Shown here: positions 1-7,517 of the stretch, in pieces
How positions within the stretch are numbered: position 1 is the stretch's first letter
How the letters are laid out: each line of letters starts with the position of its first letter
From: Promethearchaeota archaeon Loki_b32
Lineage (GTDB): Archaea > Asgardarchaeota > Lokiarchaeia > Sigyniarchaeales > SOKP01
Reading direction: 5' to 3'
Assembly: GCA_005223125.1 (NCBI GenBank)
Contig: NJBH01000063.1
Coordinates: forward strand, 1-10,403
DNA length: 10,403 bases
Translations under genes and position numbers: made by a program
The notes under the pieces: generated by a model
What the model was told of the DNA's origin: nothing
The model's input: the letters and a program-made list of their open reading frames with translations, nothing else
The model's database searches: none

Positions 1-945
1 CCATCCAAGATCTTTTAAAACAGAACCTAAAGCTTCAGATTCTTCTTCTAACACGAATTCTGTATCATATTCTGAAGCAGAAATTTGTGAGTCGAAATCT
101 GGAGGGGCTAATTCTTCGAACGAAGGTAATTCATCAGGTGATACAGGTTCTTTAGATACGAGTGTAGGTTCCTCTGAAACTGGTTCTTCATCTATTTCCA
201 TTGGAGTATAATCATCAAGAGGAATTGGTGGAACTTCACCATCATAAACTTTAAATTGAGATCCAGTAGCACCAATTTCAGAGATCTGAGGTGTTTCCAA
301 TTCAACAACTTCTTTTACTTCTTTTTCAATCCCTAAACCAACTGATTTGGGAATCGATACAATATTACTTTCAGTCTCAAGTTCTTCAAATCCACTACCT
401 TCTTTTTCCCAATCATCTAAAAATCCTAATAAATCATCTAAAGCAGCCTTATCTTGCGCAAGAGACGGTTTTACTATTGGTTTAGCTTCTTCTTCTATTT
501 TTTGTTGCTCAAGCTTCTTAATTTCGGATTCCTCTAGCGAAAGCACCATCTCTGTTTCCTGGTCTACAGAAATTAATCTATTTAATCTTTTAGCTAACTC
601 TCTCAAGTAGCCTAGATAGTATCCAATGCGATAAATCGCTCTTAATCCCCCAAAAACTATATATTCATCATTTATCGCCACTAAAATACTATAACCGGAT
701 GTATTATGTAAAATAATCTCTGTTAAGGCTCCATGGACAGTTGCTTGGTTTAATCTTAATCCTAAATCTATCAAAGCAGTACTTGAAGCAGAAGTCGCAT
801 CAGCATCTAATTCTGATGAGGTAGAGCTAGCAACTTTCATTCCTACTCGAGACAATACTGCAAGATTTTCTAAATCAGTATTATCTTCTTCTTCTTTTAA
901 AACAAACATCATTTTTTTACGGATATCTTCTGCTATTGCGGACAT
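1..945 (-). CDS. Roadblock/LC7 (MglB/LAMTOR-like) domain protein with long acidic, Pro-rich C-terminal tail; 3'-truncated at window edge
   Basis: Not in the ORF track. Manual translation from ATG 945 is open for 315 codons to position 1: MSAIAEDIRKKMMFVLKEEEDNTDLENLAVLSRVGMKVASSTSSELDADATSASSTALIDLGLRLNQATVHGALTEIILHNTSGYSILVAINDEYIVFGGLRAIYRIGYYLGYLRELAKRLNRLI... This fits the roadblock pattern (helix, 'avvs.dG..vas', 'd..aA..aal', 'G.l.eiii....G.iii..i', 'lG....l...a..l'). It continues as an E/D/P-rich tail ending ...EEESEALGSVLKDLGW. Purine-rich AAGGAAGGA lies upstream. Confidence 0.85.
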   Translation of the reverse strand, partial: MSAIAEDIRKKMMFVLKEEEDNTDLENLAVLSRVGMKVASSTSSELDADATSASSTALIDLGLRLNQATVHGALTEIILHNTSGYSILVAINDEYIVFGGLRAIYRIGYYLGYLRELAKRLNRLISVDQETEMVLSLEESEIKKLEQQKIEEEAKPIVKPSLAQDKAALDDLLGFLDDWEKEGSGFEELETESNIVSIPKSVGLGIEKEVKEVVELETPQISEIGATGSQFKVYDGEVPPIPLDDYTPMEIDEEPVSEEPTLVSKEPVSPDELPSFEELAPPDFDSQISASEYDTEFVLEEESEALGSVLKDLGW

Positions 946-1045
946 TTACATTCCTTCCTTGCTATAATATAGGATTGAACAAGATTTTTTTAACTTAGAT
1001 TTAAGTATAAATAGAACGTCTATTTTAATATATTTTATCATTAGG

Positions 1046-1756
1046 TTATTTTATAAATTTCATTATATTCATCTGGGTTGAAGTCGGTTTTTCCAACTTC
1101 TCGAAGAAATAACCTGAAAACTGGGTTATTAATTTTTTCATTTCATTAATTACATCGTCTTTTGTTAAATTATCTGTATTTATCATGAAAACTCCCTCTT
1201 TAGTTGAAAGAAATTGTTTATAATAAGATAAAATAGTTAACAAATAGTCCTTATCTTCTTCATTCCATTCCTTTCTCATTTTTTCAATTGACCCTCGCTG
1301 AATTATACGTTTCATGATTGTATTTGGGTTCGCGTGCATGTAAAAAATATAATCCTCTTTCCATTTTATAGAATTGTAAGTGTCTAAAATAAGATTAAAA
1401 TCTTTTTCCTTTAAACTTAGACTTTTAGAATATATTAAAACGCATATCGGAGTTCTATCTAAAATTAAAATCCTCCCATTATATTTATCATCAAAATTTA
1501 CAATATTTTGATTACGTCTTATAAATTGTTGAAGAAAATGAAGCTCACTTCTGAAACCAATTTGTTTGTTTGAAGATCCAAAAGGAAAAGGTGGTTTTTT
1601 TATATATCTTTCTGGATAAAACTTAAATTTATTATTATCTTTAACTTTTGACTTGAAGAGATTGAAAACTGTGGTTTTCCCTACGCCGTGCGGTCCTGCA
1701 ATAGAAATTACTATGTTATCTTTTGAACCCTTATTTCTATATATAGTTTTGCTCAA
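1046..1756 (-). CDS. P-loop deoxynucleoside kinase / thymidylate (dNMP) kinase-like protein with C-terminal PIP-box-like motif
   Basis: Walker A ISIAGPHGVGKTT, 'FYPE' (dNK-like 'f.pE'), ILILDRT (dNK/TMK 'DR' motif), lid-like IMKRIIQRG, 'MINTD' terminal strand. TTG start with GGAG upstream at 1766-1769. Substrate cannot be determined. Confidence 0.8.
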   Translation of the reverse strand: MSKTIYRNKGSKDNIVISIAGPHGVGKTTVFNLFKSKVKDNNKFKFYPERYIKKPPFPFGSSNKQIGFRSELHFLQQFIRRNQNIVNFDDKYNGRILILDRTPICVLIYSKSLSLKEKDFNLILDTYNSIKWKEDYIFYMHANPNTIMKRIIQRGSIEKMRKEWNEEDKDYLLTILSYYKQFLSTKEGVFMINTDNLTKDDVINEMKKLITQFSGYFFEKLEKPTSTQMNIMKFIK

Positions 1757-1878
1757 TATTTATTACTCCGAATCAATAAGATTAAATCGTAATAATAAAA
1801 CTATGGTTAAAATATAATAAATCTAGAGTTTATTAAATTATTAAAATTTTATATTTAGGAGGTAATGAATAGATAAAA

Positions 1879-2973
1879 TTAAAGAAAAATAATGATGATT
1901 ATAACAATGTTATAAGTTATATTTGCTAAAATAGTAGTGAATATGTTTCCATTTAGCTCATAAAGAAACCCGAGAACTGTAAATGATAAGAAATTCGCAA
2001 GAAAAAAGCTTATTCCTACCGGAAAAGAAAATAGCAACATCACAAGTGAATAAGCTAGTGCAACTATAAGAATAACGTAGAAATTGTTTATAAATTTCTG
2101 TTTTAAAGTGTTATGTAATACCCCTCTAAATACAATCTCTGAAGATATTGTACCAATACATATTGCTATAGTTAGAAGAATTATCCATAATAGTTCAGCA
2201 TCCCTAATTACTTGATTTTGAGCTTCAATACTTGATCTAACATCAAAAAAATCTAACCCTATATCTGAAAAGAAATATATAAGAGAATCAGAAAAATAAT
2301 TGATCAACAATAACACTAAAGTACCTAAAATACCTATAAGTATAGCTAGAAGTATTTTTTTAGAATCAGAATAAAATCCTAATTTGTTAAAACTATGCTT
2401 TTTGTTATATATATACCAAATTGGATACACCCCAAATAATAATTCAGGAATTAGACTATATAGAATTTGCTGAATGCTAATATCGGACGTTGTTAAATCG
2501 AATTGAAATGAAATAATGGTATATAACAAAAAGAATATGATAACTAATATGTAAATGCACGTTCCAAACACATTAATACCCTCTTTGAGATTCCATATGT
2601 CTTTTTTTAACAGAAATTTTTGTTCAGGCTCAAGTTTTTTCCCCATAAAAATAAAACCAGGTTTCCTTTGAATAAATGCTTTTTTAACGTCAGAGATTTT
2701 CTCTAATGCTGTGTCACATATTGGACATTGATCAATTATAGTAGATGTAATTATGGAACCACATCCGGGACATTTTCTTGAAATTTCTAATTTCTCAACT
2801 TTTGTTGGCTTCATAACTCTTTTACTTGGCTTAATTTTAACAACTAATTTTCCACACTTAGGACAATAGGTCTTATTTTTTTCCACTTCTGATCCGCAGT
2901 ATACACAATATTTGATATTTTTCTTGCTATTTTTTGACATTATTGCTCTGTTTTTAATTGAAATCTTTTTCAT
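1879..2973 (-). CDS. Double zinc-ribbon plus CPBP/Abi (type II CAAX protease)-like multi-pass membrane protein with degenerate catalytic motifs
   Basis: N-terminal CVYC..CPKC and CPGC..CPIC knuckle pairs, about 8 hydrophobic segments, CPBP hallmarks 'KLGF', 'EIVFRGVL', 'LGFLYELNGNI', and terminal 'xxxxN'. The start may be ATG 2940 rather than 2973. Confidence 0.85.
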   Translation of the reverse strand: MKKISIKNRAIMSKNSKKNIKYCVYCGSEVEKNKTYCPKCGKLVVKIKPSKRVMKPTKVEKLEISRKCPGCGSIITSTIIDQCPICDTALEKISDVKKAFIQRKPGFIFMGKKLEPEQKFLLKKDIWNLKEGINVFGTCIYILVIIFFLLYTIISFQFDLTTSDISIQQILYSLIPELLFGVYPIWYIYNKKHSFNKLGFYSDSKKILLAILIGILGTLVLLLINYFSDSLIYFFSDIGLDFFDVRSSIEAQNQVIRDAELLWIILLTIAICIGTISSEIVFRGVLHNTLKQKFINNFYVILIVALAYSLVMLLFSFPVGISFFLANFLSFTVLGFLYELNGNIFTTILANITYNIVIIIIIFL

Positions 2974-2987
2974 ATTAGTGTTTTGTT

Positions 2988-3016
2988 AATTATATAAACT
3001 AGAAATTATATAATTT
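2988..3016 (-). promoter_or_regulatory. Candidate TATA box region, two copies of TTATATAATT, upstream of the zinc-ribbon/CPBP gene
   Basis: AATTATATAA on + at 2988-2997 and 3004-3013; the second lies in the perfect palindrome AAATTATATAATTT (3003-3016). On - this resembles the archaeal TATA consensus TTTA(T/A)ATA. The AT-rich background lowers significance. Confidence 0.4.
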
Positions 3017-3083
3017 TTGCTTAAGGAAATTAGATAAATGGAATCAAGTTCTTAATAAATTACTATCTGAAGATATATAACAG

Positions 3084-4349
3084 TCATTTATTTTTATTTT
3101 CATTAAGCTCTTTGGTATTCTCTTTAGTAATATTGTTTAATTCCATAAGTAAAAGCCCGTGATAGTAAGATATTGAATCAAAATAAGGTTCTCCTAAATC
3201 TGACTTCCCAGAATGAACTAATGCCATTTGAGCATTTAACGCTGCTCTCATCAAAATTTCAACTCCTTTATAAATTAGATTAGGAGACCAAGTTCGGTTA
3301 AGTGGATTAGACCACCACGTCGGACAGGAGTAAATCCCCCGATTATAGAAAAATCGGGCAGTATTATAGTAATTTTCTACTTCCCAATCTATAGTTAAAT
3401 CTATATTATCTGACAAATTCATTAGATTATTCAAACTTTTCATCAGTTTCCAATAATATTTATGAACACTATTATCTGGATGATTCCAGAGAGGATATGG
3501 AACATTAGCTTTAAGATCGTCATAATTTGTGCTCCAACTTGATTCTCTTGGTATAATTTTTTTCTTTGCTGTTGGAAAGTGTATGTCTAGATCTGAAATA
3601 AAAATTATCTTGATTTTGTCTTCCTCATTAATCAATTCAAGAATTTTGCCCAAAAAGGTTTTTTCATAATTTGGGATATGATGTCCGAAGGTTTCACCGT
3701 CTAAGGCAGTTATTGCATAGGTTGGGTTACTTATTTCTTTGTTTTTATGCATAGTTTTAATATCTTTTACGAAATTCTTAGCAGTAATGTTTTTAAACGC
3801 GATCTTATTGCTTAAAATATCATCTCTAAAGAATAATTGAAGCCCATTAGGAGATGTATAGATTTTGTCATATGGCCAATCAATTGGACATGCGATTCCA
3901 CTCATAATTACCCATTTATATCCTAATTGGCGAATTTGTTTAGCAACTCTACCAGAAATCGCCAGCTCTGGGGGAAAAAACCCTTTTCTCTCCCATCGTC
4001 CAAATTCTCGTCTATTTAATTCTTCATTCATCTGAATTTGATGTTGAACTTCTTTTTTAGGGATTAACGGGAGAATAGGATGAAATTTAGCCGTTCCTAC
4101 AATTTCAATTTTGCTTTCTGAAGCTAAATTTTTTAGTAAATCCATTGTATCTGATAATCCGAATTCATACAATAATTCAATAAGAACCCCATTGACATTT
4201 AAACAAAATTTAGCATTATCATGTTCCTCTAGTAAAGAAAACAAAGGCTTGTAGCATTCCTTGTCAATCTTTCTTAAAACATTAAGATCTTGAGTTGGAG
4301 GCTGATAAATGTGAAGTAAAGGTGCCCAATAGGTAGTCAAATTCATCAC
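3084..4349 (-). CDS. Glycoside hydrolase family 57 (alpha-amylase/amylopullulanase-like)
   Basis: GH57 conserved regions: HIYQP (CSR1), FHPILPLI, GFFPPELA (Glu nucleophile), LFFRDDILSNKIAF, ALDGETFGHH (Asp acid/base), ESSWS. Start is GTG 4349 or ATG 4346. Confidence 0.92.
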   Translation of the reverse strand: MMNLTTYWAPLLHIYQPPTQDLNVLRKIDKECYKPLFSLLEEHDNAKFCLNVNGVLIELLYEFGLSDTMDLLKNLASESKIEIVGTAKFHPILPLIPKKEVQHQIQMNEELNRREFGRWERKGFFPPELAISGRVAKQIRQLGYKWVIMSGIACPIDWPYDKIYTSPNGLQLFFRDDILSNKIAFKNITAKNFVKDIKTMHKNKEISNPTYAITALDGETFGHHIPNYEKTFLGKILELINEEDKIKIIFISDLDIHFPTAKKKIIPRESSWSTNYDDLKANVPYPLWNHPDNSVHKYYWKLMKSLNNLMNLSDNIDLTIDWEVENYYNTARFFYNRGIYSCPTWWSNPLNRTWSPNLIYKGVEILMRAALNAQMALVHSGKSDLGEPYFDSISYYHGLLLMELNNITKENTKELNENKNK

Positions 4350-4382
4350 ACCAGATTATTACTAATAACTATTTGATCTTTA

Positions 4383-4411
4383 TTATAATTATATAAAAAT
4401 TACAATTATAA
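4383..4411 (-). promoter_or_regulatory. Candidate TATA box within an imperfect inverted repeat upstream of GH57
   Basis: Minus-strand TTTTTATATA at 4390-4399, about 45 nt before the start. Arms TTATAATTATA (4383-4393) and TACAATTATAA (4401-4411) pair at 10 of 11 positions. Confidence 0.4.
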
Positions 4412-4444
4412 GCTTTAATTAATCTAAAAATAAATATTGATATA

Positions 4445-5560
4445 TTACTTTTCTATAATAGTTTCTTTTATAACGGTACCAAAATGAGTTGCTCCTGGAC
4501 CTATATGAACTAGCACTTCATCTCCTATTTTTATATCTACAACAGATTTAGCTATACCATGAATGTCAACTAATCGAATGGTTTCTGCATTTTGGCATAT
4601 ACAATTCATAGTAATTTTTTTGGCTCCTTTTAAAACTACCAATTCTAATCTCAACATTGGTCGTGTTTCTATTTTGACTCTACCAATTGATACAATTCTC
4701 GCTTCACCATTGTTTGTTACTGCTAAAACTCTATCTCCCCCCTTCAATTCACTAAGATACTTTGTACGATAAATTCTTTCAGGATCATCATCAGGTACCA
4801 ATATATAAGATGACACATCCCCCGCATTAACTCGAAAAGGTCTTGATGATACAAATTGAGTCTCAAATGATTCAGAATGAATCAAACAGAAACCTGTTGC
4901 GGTTGAACCAACTAAAAATCCCTCTCCGATATTGAGAAGAGAAGTTGAATCGACACAAACTCTCTCAGCTTCAGGAATTGCTTGAATATTAATAATCTTC
5001 GCTTTGGTTAATTCAATATGAAATCCCTTGTGGATGAGTTTCTTCAGCTTAACAATATCATCCACGTCTTTTGGTTTTATAAGGACTCCATCTACACCAA
5101 TTTCTAAGACTTTTAGCATTAATTCAGCATCCTTAATTGAATCAACTTCTGCAATTAGATCAATATCATTTGAATGCAGTTCTGCTATAAGATTTTCAAA
5201 AGGAATTATTTTCCAATCCTTAGCAGAAACAATCATAAAATCTAAAAATCCAGTTTTCGAAAGTTCGACTATTTCCCTTTCTTCTTCCTTGCTTTTTAAT
5301 TCAATAAAAAATCCAGAATTTTTAATAGCAAATCTCTCATTAGCTAATTTATCTTCAAATTTTTTTTTGTCATCATAAACCAAATATTTGGAAGGGATTT
5401 TAGGGTCTCTTGAATAAAGTACTACTCTTTCAATTTTTTCAAATTCTTTAAAAGTTTCTTGAGAAACTAAAAAATTTAAAAAGTTTTTATTAAAAGCTTC
5501 TTGAACTAATTCCTTGAAATTATTAGGTCTAGATTCGAAGTCCAATATCACTTTTTTCAT
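4445..5560 (-). CDS. aroB': 3-dehydroquinate synthase II (archaeal AroB', MJ1249 family)
   Basis: Signature motifs DWKIIPFENLIA, LEIGVDGV, RVCVD, GEGFLVGS, SRPFRVNAG, TKYLSEL, GRVKIETRPM, QNAETIRLV, HFG..IKETIIEK. Confidence 0.95.
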   Translation of the reverse strand: MKKVILDFESRPNNFKELVQEAFNKNFLNFLVSQETFKEFEKIERVVLYSRDPKIPSKYLVYDDKKKFEDKLANERFAIKNSGFFIELKSKEEEREIVELSKTGFLDFMIVSAKDWKIIPFENLIAELHSNDIDLIAEVDSIKDAELMLKVLEIGVDGVLIKPKDVDDIVKLKKLIHKGFHIELTKAKIINIQAIPEAERVCVDSTSLLNIGEGFLVGSTATGFCLIHSESFETQFVSSRPFRVNAGDVSSYILVPDDDPERIYRTKYLSELKGGDRVLAVTNNGEARIVSIGRVKIETRPMLRLELVVLKGAKKITMNCICQNAETIRLVDIHGIAKSVVDIKIGDEVLVHIGPGATHFGTVIKETIIEK

Positions 5561-5683
5561 ATTTATTGGTCTACAAAACTTTTTTGATGTGAATTATTTT
5601 ATTATATTATATTAAATAATATTAAATTTTTAAGTTAGAAAAATCATATAATTCATAAATTAGATAATTATTAAAATAATTTT

Positions 5684-5687
5684 GGAG
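5684..5687 (+). promoter_or_regulatory. Putative Shine-Dalgarno GGAG for the ESCRT-III gene
   Basis: TTTGGAGTTG is the only GGAG in the intergenic region. It lies 11 nt before in-frame ATC 5699 and 5 nt before in-frame ACG 5693. There is no GGAG before ATG 5789. Confidence 0.5.
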
Positions 5688-5698
5688 TTGAAACGCTT

Positions 5699-6349
5699 AT
5701 CGGGTTAAAGAAAAAGCTTTTTCCACGAAAAAGTAAAGAAAAAGATGACTTAGTAGCGAAAGCAAAAGGTCATATACATCGATTAAATATGATGAATAAG
5801 AATTACAGTAAGCGTTCTGAAATAAGCCGTAAAAATGCTAAAATAGCTTTGAAGCGTGGTGAAAAAGATCGTGCAAAAAATTATTTAGTACAATATAAAG
5901 CATATCAAGCGAAAGTTGACCGGTCTAGTAATATAAGATTAAAGATTGAAAGACAAATTCAAGCGATAGAAGAGGGAATGCTTATCTCTCAAACTGGGGA
6001 TGTAATGGGAGGGATTAGGGACGAGCTTGAATATATCGCTACAAAAGCCTCTCCGGTGAAAGTTGCTGAAATAGCGGAGGATTCTGATGCATACGTAGCT
6101 GAAATTGAAGAAGCAGCAGAAATTTTAGCAGGAGATCCTGAAATAGATTTAGCCATTGATGTTACCGAAGAATTAAACCAACTTGAAACAGAAATGCTAC
6201 TTGACCAAGGAGGAGCAATGCCTGAAATTCCTTCAGATGAATTGGCTTACATCCCAGAATTCGATGAATTCGAAGAAGAAGCTGAAGTTAAATCAAAAGA
6301 TAAGTTAAAAGACGAAATCGACAAATTAAGAAAGGAATTGGAAGGATAA
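5699..6349 (+). CDS. ESCRT-III / Snf7-family protein, Vps20/32/60 (CHMP4-7)-like; N-terminus extended relative to ORF track 5789..6349
   Basis: Basic helical hairpin 'AKIALKRGEKDRAKNYLVQYKAYQ...IERQIQAIE' (compare Snf7 'A......K..Al..Lk.KK.yE...le.q...iE'), acidic second half, 'VTEELNQLETE', MIM2-like MPEIPSDEL and a terminal amphipathic helix. The frame is open from 5675 and encodes (I/M)GLKKKLFPRKSKEKDDLVAKAKGHIHRLN before M5789. Confidence 0.9.
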   Translation: MGLKKKLFPRKSKEKDDLVAKAKGHIHRLNMMNKNYSKRSEISRKNAKIALKRGEKDRAKNYLVQYKAYQAKVDRSSNIRLKIERQIQAIEEGMLISQTGDVMGGIRDELEYIATKASPVKVAEIAEDSDAYVAEIEEAAEILAGDPEIDLAIDVTEELNQLETEMLLDQGGAMPEIPSDELAYIPEFDEFEEEAEVKSKDKLKDEIDKLRKELEG

Positions 6350-6378
6350 TTTTTTTTTGTAAGTATCTTTTTCTTTTT
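6350..6378 (+). terminator. Archaeal oligo-T terminator after ESCRT-III gene
   Basis: T9 run at 6350-6358 immediately after TAA, then TTTTTCTTTTT near 6368-6378, between convergent genes. Confidence 0.65.
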
Positions 6379-6414
6379 ACTATTTATCTAAATAATTTTT
6401 GATTAGAATAATAA

Positions 6415-7437
6415 TTATTTCAATTCCTTTAGCGCGAGAACCATATTTTTTACTTTTCTTATAGCGATTTCATAACCATCATTTTCTCCGAAGGTTTGGC
6501 CAAGTGGGAGGAATCCACAATCGGGTTTTATAATTAAATTCTCTCTACCATACTGTTCTATTCCTTTCTTTATGTATTTCTTAAGGAATTCAACATTCTC
6601 TACATAATCATTAATAGTTTTGTTATTAGATGGCAAAAATTTTGAATTGGTACTTCCCATCGCTAAGAGTTTTTCAGTTCCGTCGAAATGTTTTTTTTCA
6701 AAGACCTTAAAATTCTGTTCATTTATACTAAATTCATGATCCAAAATCTTCACATTTGTTTTTAAAAGAAGATCACGCAAATAAGGGCTAATCCTTCCAC
6801 ACACATGGAGAGATGATAAACCTTTTATTCCTGATATTGCTTTATTAATAGTATCAATGATGAAATCTTCTGTATGGAATAGAATTTTCCTTCCAACTAG
6901 TAATCCAAGAATTGGTTCATCACAGGAAATTATATTTATTCCCATTTTGTTATAAGCTGATCCTAATTGGTTCAAAAGTTCAGCAAATTTATCAACTATC
7001 CAGTCTACCATTACTGCTCTTGGTTCCTTGAAAATTATTGGTTTTATACCTCTTGCAAGATCATTTTTCAATATTGCCTCAAAGGTTAATGTGAAAGGGC
7101 CAGTTAAACAAGCTTTTGTACCTTTAATTGAATCTCTAAGATCTGGATGATCATTGAAAAAATTATTAATAAATTCTCCATATTCTAGTGCTATAAGTTG
7201 CTTGGGTATGTCAAAATCTCCATTTACATAAAATTTATTATCAATTTCTTCTAATTGAGGGACTTTTTTGGATAAGGGGGATAAAAACTGATAAGTCATA
7301 TCAACAAGTTGAGGATAGCAAGGATAATCAAGGCCAATTTGAATTAAATCAGTAAAAATCTTTACCATATTACTATGAGTATTACTTAAAGGCCAACTTC
7401 CAACTACTGTTGTAAAAAGTGCATCCTCCTTATCCAT
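6415..7437 (-). CDS. metE: Cobalamin-independent methionine synthase, single-barrel core/archaeal type (CIMS C-terminal-like)
   Basis: TTVVGSWP, LTGPFTL, DEP, Zn-ligand motifs HVCG, HEF and PDCGF, and 'KVKNMV'. 340 aa, with no N-terminal folate-binding barrel. Confidence 0.88.
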   Translation of the reverse strand: MDKEDALFTTVVGSWPLSNTHSNMVKIFTDLIQIGLDYPCYPQLVDMTYQFLSPLSKKVPQLEEIDNKFYVNGDFDIPKQLIALEYGEFINNFFNDHPDLRDSIKGTKACLTGPFTLTFEAILKNDLARGIKPIIFKEPRAVMVDWIVDKFAELLNQLGSAYNKMGINIISCDEPILGLLVGRKILFHTEDFIIDTINKAISGIKGLSSLHVCGRISPYLRDLLLKTNVKILDHEFSINEQNFKVFEKKHFDGTEKLLAMGSTNSKFLPSNNKTINDYVENVEFLKKYIKKGIEQYGRENLIIKPDCGFLPLGQTFGENDGYEIAIRKVKNMVLALKELK

Positions 7438-7517
7438 AAGATGTAGAATAGTAATAAAAATTTAAATCTTGGATAAATAAAATATGCAGATACTGCATAA
7501 AATTCAAGAAGACCCTT

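Noticed and set aside
411-442. Direct repeat AATCATCTAAA at 411-421 and 432-442
   Set aside because: Explained by the repeated LDD peptide; two copies only, not a CRISPR or target-site duplication.
291-610. ORF-track + strand ORFs 291..485 and 347..610
   Set aside because: Antisense shadows of the roadblock CDS; Ser/Leu/Phe richness mirrors its Glu/Lys codons.
1879-2973. Anti-phage abortive-infection role from the 'Abi' family name
   Set aside because: The CPBP/Abi name is historical and there is no defence-island or mobile context here.
4563-5378. ORF-track + strand ORFs 4563..4772 and 5028..5378
   Set aside because: Antisense to the well-conserved aroB' gene with no recognisable motifs.
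5561-5680. Extremely AT-rich divergent intergenic region with TGAATTAT/ATAATTCA inverted pair; considered as origin or operator
   Set aside because: No ORB-like G-string and no cdc6/orc1 nearby; short AT-only repeats are expected by chance; best read as a divergent promoter.
5699-5704. CHMP6-like N-myristoylation at Gly2
   Set aside because: An MG start alone is insufficient and N-myristoyltransferase is not established in archaea.
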